Shown here: piece by piece, positions 12,137 through 24,424 of the stretch
How positions within the stretch are numbered: the first letter of the stretch is position 1
Layout of the letters: every line of letters starts with the position of its first letter
Source of the DNA: Hemiscyllium ocellatum
Lineage: Eukaryota
Length of the DNA stretch: 64,000 nucleotides
Reading direction: 5' to 3'
Assembly: GCF_020745735.1 (NCBI RefSeq)
Contig: NW_026867487.1
Span: forward strand, 3,100,001-3,164,000
Made by a program: the position numbers and the translations under genes
Notes under the pieces: generated by a model
Database searches by the model: none
Told to the model about the DNA's origin: nothing
What the model saw: only the letters and a program-made list of their open reading frames with translations

Positions 12137-12574
12137 GTGCGCGCGTATCAGACCAGCCACAACACAGATTTACTAAAACAAGTAAATACACATTTCTGCA
12201 TCCAATGAACGCTAATGTATCCTACAGGGGAACACAGGAATCTCACATACGGTGTGAGTGGGACTGAGATGAACTCGGAAAGTCAGCTTTTTTCAATGAG
12301 TTTCTGAGAATGAGCATCGATCCATTTCACACATGGCCATCGAGTGATTATATAGATCAGATGTACATATATTAATTGTGCTAATGATCATGGAGTTTAT
12401 TAAGTACGTTCTCCTCTCCCCTGACTATAGGCAAAGGGACATTGCGTGGTTGTTCCACTTTCTCATTGACATTTCATCAGGGAAAGCTGAGTATGAGCTG
12501 ATGGACACAAATTGGGTTAACGTTGGTCAGGCTCAGGACAGTATCAGTTACTGCAAACAGAGGCTGCATGTGTA

Positions 12575-13345
12575 GTCTTTCTGCGTGTCTGTATGCAAGA
12601 GTGTGTGTGCATATGTCTGTGCATGTGCGTTTCTCTGTTAATGTCTCTGTGTGTCTTTGCATGTATGTGTGTGTCTCTGTATGTATGTGTGTGTCTGTGA
12701 ATATGTGTGTCTCTGTATGTATGTGTGCATGTATCTGTATATATGTGTGTGTCACTGTATGTATGTGTGTGTGTATCTGTATATATGTGTGTGTCTGTAT
12801 GCATGTGTGTGTCTGTGAATATGTGTGTCTCTGTATGTATGTGTGTGTCTGTATGCATGTGTGTGTCTGTGAATATGCATGTTTCTGTATGTATGTGTGC
12901 GTGTATCTGTATATATGTGTGTGTCACTGTATGTATGTGTGTGTGTATCTGTATATATGTGTGTCTCTGTATGTATGTGTGTGTCTGTGAATATGTGTGT
13001 CTCTGTATGTATGTGTGCATGTATCTGTGAATGTGCGTTTCTCTGTATGTATGTGTGTGCATGTGTAGCTGTGACTGTGTGCCTCTACGTGTGTGTGTGT
13101 GTGTGTATCTATGACTGCGTGTGTGCTCAGTATGTTTGTGTCACTGTGTGTGCTTTTGTGTCTGTGTGTATCTGTGACTGCATGTCACTATATGTATGCA
13201 TGAGTGTATCTGTATGCATACGTGCGTGCGTCTGTGACACTGTATGTCTCTGTATGTGTGTGTATATATATGTGTGTGTATCTGTGACTGTGTGTGTATC
13301 TGTATGTAAATATGTGTGTGTATCTCTGACTGTGTGTGTCTCTGT
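12575..13345. repeat. TG-rich degenerate satellite
   Basis: (TG)n with TGTATG/TATCTG variants; source of spurious C/V/M or H/T ORFs. Confidence 0.9.
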
Positions 13346-13348
13346 ATA

Positions 13349-14700
13349 GAACAATACAGCGCAGAACAGGCCCTTCGGCTCTCGATGTTGCACCGACCTG
13401 TGAACTATTCTCAACTCGTCCCCTACACTATCCCCAAATCATCCACGTGCTTATCTAAGGATTGTTTAAATCTTCCTAATGTGGCTCAGTTGGCTACATT
13501 GTCAGGTAGGGCATTGCATGCCCTTACCACTCTCTGAGTAAAGAACCTGCCTCTGACGTCTGTCTTAAACCTATCACACCATAATTTGTAGTTATATCCT
13601 CCCGTACAAGCTGATGTCATCATCCTAGGAAAAAGTCTTTCCCTGTCTGCCCTATCTAATCCTCTGATCGTCTTGTCTGTCTCTACCAAATCTCCCCTTA
13701 GCCTCCTCCTTTCTAATGAGAACAGACCCAAGTCTCTCAGCCTTTCCTCATAAGACCTTCCCTCCAGACCAGGCAACATCCTGGTGAATCTCCTCTGCAC
13801 CCTTTCCAATGCTTCCACGTCCTTCCTGTAATGGGGTGACCAGAACTGTACACAATATTCCAAGTGTGGCTGCACCAGCGTTTTGTATAGTTGCAGCATG
13901 ATATTGCGGTTCCAGAACTCAATCCCTCTACTAATGCAACCTAACACACCTTATGCCTTCTTAACAGCACTATCCACCTGGGTGGCAACTTTCAGGGATC
14001 TATGTACATAGACTCTAAGATCCCTCTGCATATCCACACTACCAAGAATCTTTCCATTGACCCAGTATTCTGCCTTCCTGTTATTCTTCCCAAAGTGCAT
14101 CACCTCACATTTAGCTTCAGTGAACCCCATTTGCCACCTCTCAGCCCAATTGTGCAGTTTATCCAAGTCCACACTTCCAAATTGTCTACTACTCCACTGA
14201 CTTTATTACCATCTGCAAACTTACCAACCCATCCACCTATGCCTGCCTCGAAGGCATTTAAAAAATGACAAACAGCAGTGGTCCCAAAACAGATCCTTGT
14301 GGCACACCACTAGTAACTGGACCCTAGACTGAATATTTTCTATCTATCACCACTCGCTATCTTCTTTCAGAAAGCTAGTTTCTAATCCAAACTACTAAAT
14401 CACTCTCAATTCCATGCCTCTGCATTTTCTCCATCAGCCTACCAGGTGGAACCTTATTAAAGGCTTTACTGAAGTCCATGTATACCACGTCAACTGCTCT
14501 ATCCTGATCTACATGCTTGGTTACCTTCTCAATAAACTCAATGTGGTATGTGGGACACGACCTGCCCTTGATGAAACCATGTTGACTATCTGCAATCAAA
14601 TTGTTGCTTGCTAGATGAAAATAAATCTTATCTCTCATAATCCTTTCCAAAATCTTTCCTCCAACAAAAGTAAGGCTCACTGGTGTATAAATACCTGGGC
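13349..14700 (-). mobile_element. CR1 LINE, 5'-truncated (RT C-terminal half)
   Basis: Minus-strand ORFs with VYMDFSKAFNKVP, KCEVMHFGK and LEYCVQFWSPHYRKDVEALERVQRRFTRM. Confidence 0.92.
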
Positions 14701-14709
14701 CACCTTTGC

Positions 14710-15600
14710 TGCCCTCTATAGGTGTATTTGTGTGTGTGTATCTGTGACTGCGTGTGTCTGTATGTATGTGCCTGTGTGTATGTACGTGTGTGTTTGTGTC
14801 TGTATGTATGTGCCTGTGTGTGTGTATTTGTATCTGTGACTGTGCATCTCTCTATATATGTGTCTGTGTGTATTTATATGTGGCTGTGTGTGTCTCTGTA
14901 AGTACGTGTGTATATCTGTGATCGTATGTGTCTCTGTATGTGTGTGTGGGGGTTATTTGTGTGTGTATGTCTGTGTTTGTATCTGTGACTGTGTGCGTCT
15001 GTCTCTGTATATATGTATCTGTGTGTGTGTGTGTGTGCGTGTGTGTATCTGTGACTGTGTGTGTGTCCCTGTATATATGTGTGTATATCTGTGACAATGT
15101 GTGCCTGTGTGTATGCATCTCTCTGTGTGTGTGTCCCTGTATGTGTGTTTGTGTGTGTATGTGTGTGTGTTCCTGTATGTGTGTTTGTGTTTGTGTCCCT
15201 GTATGTGTGTGTGTGTCCCTGTATGTGCGTGTGTCCCTGTATGTGTGTTTGTGTGTGTGTACGTGTGTATGTCCCTGTATGTGTGTGTCCATGTATGTGT
15301 GTTTGTGTGTGTGTCCCTGTATGTGTGTGTGTCCCTGTATGTGTGTTTGTGTGTGTGTGTCCCTGTATGTGTGTTTGCCCCTGTATGTGTGTTTGTGTGT
15401 GTGTCCCTGTANNNNNNNNNNNNNNNNNNNNNNNNNNNNNNNNNNNNNNNNNNNNNNNNNNNNNNNNNNNNNNNNNNNNNNNNNNNNNNNNNNNNNNNNN
15501 NNNNNNNNNNNNNNNNNNNNNNNNNNNNNNNNNNNNNNNNNNNNNNNNNNNNNNNNNNNNNNNNNNNNNNNNNNGTCCCTGTATGTGTGTGTATATGTGA
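14710..15600. repeat. TG-rich satellite (GTCCCTGTATGTGTGT units) spanning an N-gap
   Basis: Direct inspection. Confidence 0.9.
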
Positions 15601-15699
15601 CTGAGCGTCTGTTCCTGTCGATGCTGCTGTGACTGCTGTCTCTCTGTCATTCTCTCTGACTGAGACCACGATGGTTTTCACACTCCTCCATCACTGCTG

Positions 15700-15885
15700 A
15701 GAGGAGGCCAGCAGAGGGTGGCACGATCACTTTGAACGTTTCTGTTCATTGTCTGATCGAGTTGTTGACGTCGTTCAATTATAACGAAACATCGTAATTA
15801 GGTACATATCCTTCACACCACACTGGTAACAGAGAACTAGGAGGGAAGTGCTTTTCTGTGTGCATGCATTCACAGGACCACAAGC
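15700..15885. promoter_or_regulatory. Candidate T-cell regulatory element (CTCF, TCF/LEF, CRE, ETS and RUNX motifs)
   Basis: AGGCCAGCAGAGGGTGGCA 15705-15723; CTTTGAA 15730-15736; TGACGTCG 15766-15773; GGAAGT 15844-15849; ACCACA 15877-15882; all in a unique island between repeats. Confidence 0.4.
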
Positions 15886-16344
15886 CAGAACCTGAAGGGA
15901 ATGGCAAAGGCAGGGAGAGGGTCTGGGCCATTCAGCCCATCGACTCCCCTCTGCCATTCAATGGCTGATCCAATCGCCCCGAAGTCTGAAAGAACTGCCA
16001 ATGCTGGGAATCCGAAACGCAAGCAGAAGTTGCTGGAAAAGCTCAGCAGGTCTGACAGCGTCTGTAGAGAAAAATCAGGGATAACGTTTCATTTCGACAC
16101 TTCCTCATAACTGTCGATTCTGATTTTTCTCTGCACAGATGCTGCTGGACCTGCTGAGCTTTCCCAAGCTTGTCCGTTACGGTTAACCCTGAATTCCACT
16201 CTCCTGACTTTCCCCCTCTTCCTTTCTATCCCTCATAATCAATGCCCCAGTCTCGGCCCTCTCCCCCCCACTGTGGTTAAGAGTTCCACAGATTCTAGTC
16301 CCCTTAGAGAGGAGTAATTCCTCCCCATCTCTGTCCTAAATAGA

Positions 16345-17040
16345 GTCATAGAGATGTACAGCATAGAAACAGACACTTCGGTCCAACCCATCCATGCCGA
16401 TCAGATATCCCAACCCAATCTAGTCCCATCTGCCCACACCCAGCCCAAATCCTTCCCAATCCTTCCTATTCATATACCCATCCAAATGCCTCTTAAATGT
16501 TACAATTGTACCAGCCTCCACCACATCCTCTGGCAGCCCATTCCATACATGTACCACCCTCTGTGTGAAAACGTTGCCCTTAGGTCTCTTTTACATCTTT
16601 CCCCTCTCACCCGAAACCTATGCCCTTTAGTTCTGGACTCCTCCACCCCAGGGGGAAAAGACTTTGTCCATATATCCTTTCCATGCCCCTCATGATTTTG
16701 TAAACCTCTATAAGGTCACCCCTCAGCCTCCGACGCTCCAGGGAAAACAGCCTGTTCAGCCTCTCCCTATAGCTCAAATCCTCCAACCCTGGCAACATCC
16801 TTGTAAATCTTTTCTGAACGCTTTCAAGTTTCACAACATCTTTCCGATAGGCAGGAGATCAGAATTGCACGCAATATTCCAACAGTGGCCTAACCAATGC
16901 CCTGTACAGCCGCAACATGACCTCCCAACTCCTGTACTCAATGCTCTGACCAATAAAGGAAAGCATACCAAACGCTGCCTTCACTATCCTATCTAACTGC
17001 GACTCCACTTTCAAGGAGCTATGAACCTGCACTCCAATGT
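16345..17040 (-). mobile_element. CR1 LINE 3' fragment
   Basis: KLESVQKRFTRMLPGLEDLSYRERL and LYRALVRPLLEYCVQF on the minus strand. Confidence 0.9.
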
Positions 17041-17199
17041 GTAATATCTCATGTTGAGATTGGCTTGTAAATGCAGATTGGTAGGAATAACGTTTTAATC
17101 TGGGCCTTCCCCCCCAGATTGAGTCACAAATAACGAAAAAAACCAAAATATTCTCGAAAAGTAAACTATTTTTTATTTACTTTCTCAGTACCTGGACAT

Positions 17200-17690
17200 C
17201 CCAGGCCACAGTAGCATTTGTTATTCATCTCCAATTAGCGTCTTGCATTCCTGCTATCGATATGGTCCAGGGACAGTCTTGGTGCTGTTGGCAGGGATTT
17301 TGACAGTGAAAGGAGCAGTGATATAGCCCCATGTCAGGATGGGAAGTGGCTTGGAGAAGGATCTACATGGGCTTTTGTTTCCATGTATCCGCTCCCCTTG
17401 TCCTCCTAGGTCGTGGGTTTCGGAGGTGCTGTCTGAGTATCTGTGGTGAATCCCTGTAGTGCGTCCTGTAGATGGTACACATTCTGCTCCTGAGTGGGAA
17501 TGGGAAGAGGATATTTGTGGATGTGGTACCAATCAAGAGGGGTGGCTGCTTTGTACTGGACGGCGTCGAGATTCTCTCATTCAGGAGCTGCACTCATCCA
17601 GGACAATTCCATCACCCTTGACCTGTGTCTTGTCGATGGTGCGCAGGCTATGTGGAGACAGGAAGTGAGTTACTCAGAATAATATCTGCA
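17200..17690 (-). mobile_element. Non-CR1 LINE 3' fragment (same family as 48040-48690)
   Basis: Reverse-complement similarity to 48250-48690 (ILRQH..., CACCCTTCAAG...). Confidence 0.6.
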
Positions 17691-17759
17691 ACTTTGGTCT
17701 TCCTGCTTTAGGAAGGTCGTTGTGAAACTTGAACGGGTTCAGAAAAGATTTACAAGGGT

Positions 17760-17945
17760 GTGAAAAATCACACAACACCAGGTTATAGTCAACAGGTTTA
17801 CTTGGAATCACTAGCTTTCAGAGCGACGCTCCTTCATCACCTGAACGCTCCAAAAGCTAATGCTTCCAAATAAATCTGTTGGACCATAACCTGGTGTTAT
17901 GTGATTTTTAATTTGTCCACCCCAGTCCAACACCAGCATCTCCAA
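17760..17945. mobile_element. Penelope-derived fold-back repeat (degenerate)
   Basis: Inverted arms ACACCAGGTTATAGTC...CTAGCTTTC / GCTAATGCTTCCAAATAAA...ATAACCTGGTGTT; same family as 26601 and 50540. Confidence 0.65.
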
Positions 17946-17989
17946 ATTGCACGAATGTTGGCAGGTTTGGAGAGTTGTGCCACAGTCAG

Positions 17990-18390
17990 CAACTGAATAG
18001 ACTGGGGTCATATTCCCTGGATCGTCGGAGGTTGACGAGTGGTCTTATAGATGTTTGTGAAATCATGAGGGGCATGGAGAGGGTAAGTAGACAAGGTCTT
18101 TTCCCTGTGGTTGGGGAGTCCAAAACTACAGGGGCGTAGGTTTAGGATGAGAGAGGAACGAATTGAAAGGGACCCTCTTTCACACAGAGGGTGGTACGTG
18201 TATAGAATGAGCTGCCAGAGGAAGTGGTGGAGGCTGGTACAATGACAACATTTAAAAGACATCTGGGTGGGTGGGTTGAGAGGGAGAGGAGCCAAATAAT
18301 GGCAAATAGGACTAGATTTAGATAGGATATCTGGTTGGCATGGATGATTTGGACTGAAGGGTCTATATCTGTGCTCTGTGACTCTATGAC
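17990..18390 (+). mobile_element. CR1 LINE 3' fragment
   Basis: Typical CR1 3' end (AATGAGCTGCCAGAGGAAGTGGTGGAGGC...CTCTATGAC). Confidence 0.8.
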
Positions 18391-18959
18391 AAGAGAGTCG
18401 TCGGAATTAACACACAGAGCTTCTCTCTCGCTCTTTCTCTCTCTCCTTCTGTATCTCCCGCTCTCTTCTTCCTTCCTGTTCTCTCTCTCCCTGTCCCCTC
18501 CATCCCTCTCCCTCCTTTTATTTCTCTCTCTCCTTCTCTCTGTCCCTCGCCCTTTCTATCTCTCCCACTTTCTCTCTCTCACTTTCCTTTTCTGTCTTTC
18601 CCTCTCTTGCCCTCCCGCTCTTTCTCTGTCACTCCCGTTCCTCCCTTCCCCCCATTTTTCTCCCTCTCCCCTGTCTCCATTACAGTCCACACTTGCTCAC
18701 TCTCTGCTGACTTCTCTACAGAGTTTTTACTGTTTCACACGCCCTCACCCCGTCTGCCCACCGCCCTCCCAACTGGAGCCTGCTGCCTGTCACTACCATC
18801 ACGTTATCTGCCAGTTTTCTCTCTTGACAATAAACCGCAGGCCAAGTGTGACATTAAACACCATCCCCCCTTTCCTGTTTCCAGCCCACAACCTGCAGCA
18901 TTTAATACTGTGTGATTAAAAAGAAACTCACGCTTACAGACAGCTCAGTGGAAAATTAC

Positions 18960-19750
18960 TAGCTACCCCCTTCTCTCTGCCTTCCTGTCTCTCTCTCTCT
19001 CTCTCTCTTTTGTCTCTCTACCCTTCTCTCCCTCTCTATTTCTTGTTGTCTGTCTCTCCCTCCCCTTCCTCTCTGCCTCTCTCTCTCCCTCTTCCCCTCC
19101 CTTTCTCCTCTGTCTCTCGTCCCCTCTATCTCCATCTCCCTCTCTCTCCTTCTCTTCCCCACCTCGCTCTCTATCACACTCTCTCTCCCTTTCCCTCTCT
19201 CCCCTCCTCCCGCTCCATCACTCTCTCGCCCCCTTTATCTCTCTCTCTTGCACCCCTCCTCTCTCTCCCCATCCCTCTTTCTCCCCTCCATCCCTCCATC
19301 TCACTCGCCTTCTCTGTCTCTCTCCCTCTCTCCCCTCCTCCCTCTCCAGCTGTCTCTCTCTCCCCTCTCTCTTCCTCTCCCAGCTTTTGTTTCTCTCCCC
19401 CTCCTTCTCCTCCCACTCTCCCTCTCCCTCTCTCCCCTCCTTCCTCTCCATCCGCCTCTCTGCTTTTGTTTCTCTCTCTCCCCCACTCTTTCTCCCACTC
19501 CACTCCACCTCTCTCACACTCTCTCCCCTCTTCTCCCTCCATCTCTCTCTCTCTCTCTCTATTTTTGTTTCTCTCTCTCCCTCTCTTTCTGCCCCACTCC
19601 CCCCTCCCCTCCGCCCTCTGAATCTCTCTCCCTCTCGCTCCCCTTCTCCCTCTCGATCCCCTTCTCCCACTCTCTCACTCTCTCTCTAACCTCCTGTCTC
19701 TGCTCCCACTCTCTCTCCCTCTGGCCCCCTCTCTCTCTGCTACCCCCTCA
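18960..19750. repeat. CT-rich low-complexity tract
   Basis: Polypyrimidine on the + strand. Confidence 0.9.
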
Positions 19751-20034
19751 GCCCCTCGACGGCCTGAACGATCCCTTCTTGCGGTCTGAGGCCCCTCGTG
19801 GATTGTCCCTTATTGGANNNNNNNNNNNNNNNNNNNNNNNNNNNNNNNNNNNNNNNNNNNNNNNNNNNNNNNNNNNNNNNNNNNNNNNNNNNNNNNNNNN
19901 NNNNNNNNNNNNNNNNNNNNNNNNNNNNNNNNNNNNNNNNNNNNNNNNNNNNNNNNNNNNNNNAGAGACAGGGAGAAACTAATGTAGTCCAGAACAGATA
20001 ACTCAGAGACTGCCATCTGTGGCACAGAGCGAGG

Positions 20035-21356
20035 TTTATTGACTGTTCACAGTGACACAGAGAAACATGGCGCAGGAAAGCCGAGGCTATTTCTGGTTAC
20101 AGAACCTCCTGAGCAAAGGGCTAGCACAGCACACGATGGCACGAATGTACAGCAACCTCCCCTCCACCAACCACCCCACCCCCCCACCCACTCCCGTTTC
20201 CCTGCTGTAGCTGCCTGTTACTCTAACAGAAAGGAAAGCAGATGCTGTGTCGCACTGCCTTATCTTTAACACATCTGCGTTCCGAGCAACAGTATAACCA
20301 ACTCCTTGTGTCCCAGATATTCTTTAGATTAGATTACTTACAGTGTGGAAACAGGCCTTTCAGCCCAACAAGTCCACACTGACCCTCCGAAAAGCAACCG
20401 CATGGTGGGTCATCTACAGCGAGAGCTGGTCTACAGCATCTGAAACCTCCCCCACCCCACTGCACCCCACTCCATACCCCCACAGTCCCTAAGAAATATG
20501 TACAAAAACTCATTAATTTGTTCATCGCTGAGAATAGACCCAGACAAGGTAAAGAAAAAGAGAGAGAGGGAGACAGAGACAGAGAGACAGAGAGAGACGG
20601 AGAGAGGCAGATGGAGAGAGACAGCGAGAGAGAGAGGGAGAGAGAGGGACAGAGAGACAGAAAGAAACAGGTAGAGAAAGAGAGAGAGAGATACAGAGAG
20701 AGAGAAAGAGAGACTGATAGAGAAAGGCAGATGGAGAGAGAGAGACAGGGAGGCAGAGACAGACAGAGAAAGAAGGAAAGAGGTAGAGGGGGAGAGACAG
20801 AGATAGGGAGACAGAGAGAGAGAGAGAGGGAGGAAGAAAAAGATCGAGAGAGAAGGAGAAAGAGAGAGGGAANNNNNNNNNNNNNNNNNNNNNNNNNNNN
20901 NNNNNNNNNNNNNNNNNNNNNNNNNNNNNNNNNNNNNNNNNNNNNNNNNNNNNNNNNNNNNNNNNNNNNNNNNNNNNNNNNNNNNNNNNNNNNNNNNNNN
21001 NNNNNNNNNNNNNNNNNNNNNNNNNNNNNNNNNNNNNNNNNNNNNNNNNNNNNNNNNNNNNNNNNNNNNNNNNNNNNNNNNNNNNNNNNNNNNNNNNNNN
21101 NNNNNNNNNNNNNNNNNNNNNNNNNNNNNNNNNNNNNNNNNNNNNNNNNNNNNNNNNNNNNNNNNNNNNNNNNNNNNNNNNNNNNNNNNNNNNNNNNNNN
21201 NNNNNNNAGGTAGAGACAGAATGAGGGGGAGACAGAGAGAGAGAGAGAGAGAGAGACCAAGAGTGAGAAACAGATAGACAGAGACAGCGTGATGGAGACG
21301 GAGACAGGGAGAAACAGAGAGTGAGACAGAGAGGGACAGGCAGATAAACAGAGAAA

Positions 21357-21408
<52 letters not shown>

Positions 21409-21607
21409 CCCAGAGAGGCAGAAAGTGAAAGAGACAGAGAGAGGCAAAGAGTTAAAGAGTTACAAAAGAGAGGAGGCAGTTCCGAGCCTGAGGGATTTAG
21501 CATCTGGAGCCAGGCCTAAGGCAAATGATTGACTGGGAGCAAATCCGGAAACATCTCTGCTTTTTTCCTGACTCTCTTTCATTGACGGATGGAGCGCACT
21601 CTGATTC
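20035..21607 (-). other. Possible non-coding last exon / 3' UTR of TRDC
   Basis: Pyrimidine-rich acceptor ...CTCTCTTCTCATCCCACAG| ending at 21608; first downstream AATAAA (minus strand) at 20035-20040. Boundaries tentative; includes an N-gap. Confidence 0.3.
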
Positions 21608-22629
21608 CTGTGGGATGAGAAGAGAGAGAGAGAATGATGCAGAGGATGAATGACAGTGTATTCTGGGGAGGGAGGGCAGTATGGGGAGGGGAAGACAGTG
21701 TTCGCTGGATTGGGGTGAGAACCTGTCAACTGCTCAGACACAGGGGGCTAGATTGACCTGGGATTAATGGGGCTGAGTGGCCTCATTCATTCCCTGGAGT
21801 AGGGATGGGGAAGAGAGGACAGTGACGTGGTTGTGTTGGCATAGTCCATTCTCCCATCGCCATGTCCCCCCTTCCACTGCAGTGGTGAGGGAGGGAGTGA
21901 GTGATGGGGGAAATATGGGGGGTATTGTGGGATTGTGGGAGATGGGGAGGTTGTAAGAGATGGGAAAGTGAAGGGGAAATGGGAAATGGGAAGGTGATGC
22001 AGAGAAATGGGGGAAGATGGGAACGATGGAGAAATGGGAGGAGGATGGGGAAGATAGCGAGAGAGATAGGGAGATGGGGACGTATGGGAAGAGATGGGCG
22101 AGATAGGGACAGAGATGGGGAGATGGGGAGAGATGGGAAAATGGAAGGGAAATGTGGAGAAATTGGGGAGAGATGGGGAAACAGGAGGGAGATGGGGAGA
22201 GATGTGGATGTTGGGGTGTTGAGGGAAATAGAGGAGAGATGGGAGAGATTGTGGGAAATGGGGAGGCGGGGGAAATGGGAAGAGATGGCGAGATGGGAGA
22301 AGTGGAGGAAATGGGAGCAGTTGGGAGAAATGGGGGATGGGAGATACACGAGAGAGATGGGCAGGAGATGGGAGGAGATGGAGAAGGTGGGGGAGATGGA
22401 GGAAATGGGGAGAATAGAGGAGATGCGAGGGAGGTGGGGAGATATGAGAGGGGGTATATTGGGAGGGGGAACAGGAAATATGGGAGATGGAGAAGGGATT
22501 AGGGAGAAATGAGGAAGATGGGGTTATTGGTGGGAAGTGGAAGGCGATTAAGGGTGATTGAGAGTAAATGGAGGGAGATTAGGGTAGGGGGCAGATGTGA
22601 AGATAATGGGATGATCCCTCCATTGTCGT

Positions 22630-23107
22630 AACAGACCCTTCGGCCCAACAATTTCACACCAGCCCTCCAAAGAGAAACACACTCAGACCTTCCCTGACCC
22701 TACTATCCTACATTTACCCCGACTAATCCACCCGAACCTACACATCCCCGAACACTATGAGGAATTTAGCACGGCCAATCCACCCTAACCTACACATCCA
22801 CGGGCTCTATGGGTAATTTTGCAGAGCCAATCCACTCTAACCTACAAATCCCTGGACACTATGAGCAATTTAGCGTGGTCAATCCATGCTAACCTACACA
22901 TCCCTGGGCACTATGGGTAATTTAGCATGGCCAATCCACCCTAATCTGCGCAGCTTTGGTCCTGGGAGGAATCTGGAGAACCCGGAGGGAACCCACGCAG
23001 ACACGGGGTGGGAGAATGTGCAAACTCCACACAGTTGCCCGAGGCTGGGATCGAACCAGGGTCCCTAGTGCCGCGAGGCAGCAGTGCTAATCACTGAGCC
23101 ATCGTGC
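22630..23107 (-). mobile_element. HE1-like SINE with internal tandem expansion (about 52 bp x4)
   Basis: SINE head at about 23040-23107; repeated ACCTACACATCC...TTTAGC...GGCCAATCCACCCTA units at about 22737-22945. Confidence 0.8.
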
Positions 23108-23205
23108 CTCTCCAAAGATGGGGGAGGTTGGGGAAATGGTGGGATTGCAGACAGATGGTGGGTGAGGGGAGCGAGGTGAGAGCTGAAGGGGAGATGGGGC
23201 CCACC

Positions 23206-23315
23206 TTAGGGAAGCCAAGCCCGGGCAGTCATCAGCAGATTGATCGCGACGCTCTTGAAGAGGAGAAACCTCAGGCCCATCACGGTCAGAGAAAGAAAGT
23301 TCCCCCGCTGCTTAT
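23206..23315 (-). CDS. TRDC: TCR delta constant exon 3 (connecting peptide, TM, short tail): DKQRGNFLSLTVMGLRFLLFKSVAINLLMTARAWLP*
   Basis: CGCAG acceptor; matches the TCR alpha/delta TM signature N-x-x-SLTVxGLR-x4-K with charged R and K; TAA followed by G|GTGGG donor; frame continuous with exon 2. Confidence 0.95.
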
Positions 23316-23869
23316 CTGCGATGGTTACAAAGAAACAAACGATCAACATGGCATGACCGAGATATGCCCTTCCCCTCTGCTCCCCCGACTTGGATCCGAG
23401 GGCATTAGAACGCACCATACACACCCCAAACACACTGTCGACTGCTCCCATCCACAAATTTGTCTATCCCTTTCTCTGTCCCACTCCTTCTTGCCCTCAC
23501 TGCATTCACACCTCTCTCCAACCACACCTCTCCCCATCCCTCTCTCCATTCTCTCTCCCTCATCCTCCATCCCTCTCTCCAGGCCCTTTCTCCTGCTCTC
23601 CATCCGTCTCTCCACCCTCCCTCCATCCTTCACTCCCTCCTCATTTCCATCCACACTTCTCCCAAGACCTCTCTCCATCCGTCTCTCGGTCCCTCTCCAT
23701 CCCTCCCATCCCTCTCAACAACAGTCTCCCCATTCCTCCCTCCATGAAACAGCTCTCTCCGTCACTCTGCCCATCCCACCATCCCTCTCTCTCCCTCCCA
23801 CTCTCCCTCTCTCAAAGCCTCTCTCCATCCATGCCAAAGTGGGTACAGCAGCTGCTGGAGATTGGAGGC

Positions 23870-23950
23870 AAGGTTAAAGTAGCACAGCGGGCCAGGCAGC
23901 TTCCAAGGAGCAAGAAAATAGACGTTTCTGGCAAAGCCCTTCATCAGGAA
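23870..23950 (-). mobile_element. Penelope-derived fragment with hammerhead core in TRDC intron 2
   Basis: Minus strand reads CCTGATGAAGGGCTTTGCCAGAAACGTC; same family as 29309-29488. Confidence 0.6.
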
Positions 23951-24256
23951 TCTCTCCATCCGTCCATCAGTCTCTCAATTCGTCTGTCTCTCTGTCTCTT
24001 TCCCTCTCCGTGTCTCTCTCCCCGTCTCTAAGACTCTACTTCACTCCCTGTCGGTCTCTTTCCCCCATTCACACACTCTCTCTCCCTCTCTGTGCATCAT
24101 TCTTCACCTGTCTCTTTGTCTCTTTCGCTCTCCCTCATCCCTCTCCCCCACCCTCACCCCTCCTGGTCTCTCCTTCCGCTGATCTCGGCATTTCTCCACC
24201 AGTTTATTCCTTTCACCCCATTTCCCCCCCCCCCCCCCCACCAAAAGGACACTGAC

Positions 24257-24331
24257 CTTGAAAGGAGGTAATTTCTGCCACCAAGTTGTCGGAGGAAGAT
24301 GCCTCGCATAAGTTGTTGCTCTGCTGTGGCC
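24257..24331 (-). CDS. TRDC: TCR delta constant exon 2 (hinge): RPQQSNNLCEASSSDNLVAEITSFQ
   Basis: CCGCAG acceptor, GTCAGT donor, 75 bp, phase 1 to phase 1; single Cys for the interchain disulfide. Confidence 0.88.
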
Positions 24332-24424
24332 CTGCGGACAGATGGTGGAGTGGTCAGTCTGGCCAGTATGTTCCTCAGCTCAGGGGTACAGGCCCCTCCC
24401 GCGGCACCTCCGTCCCACCAAGGT

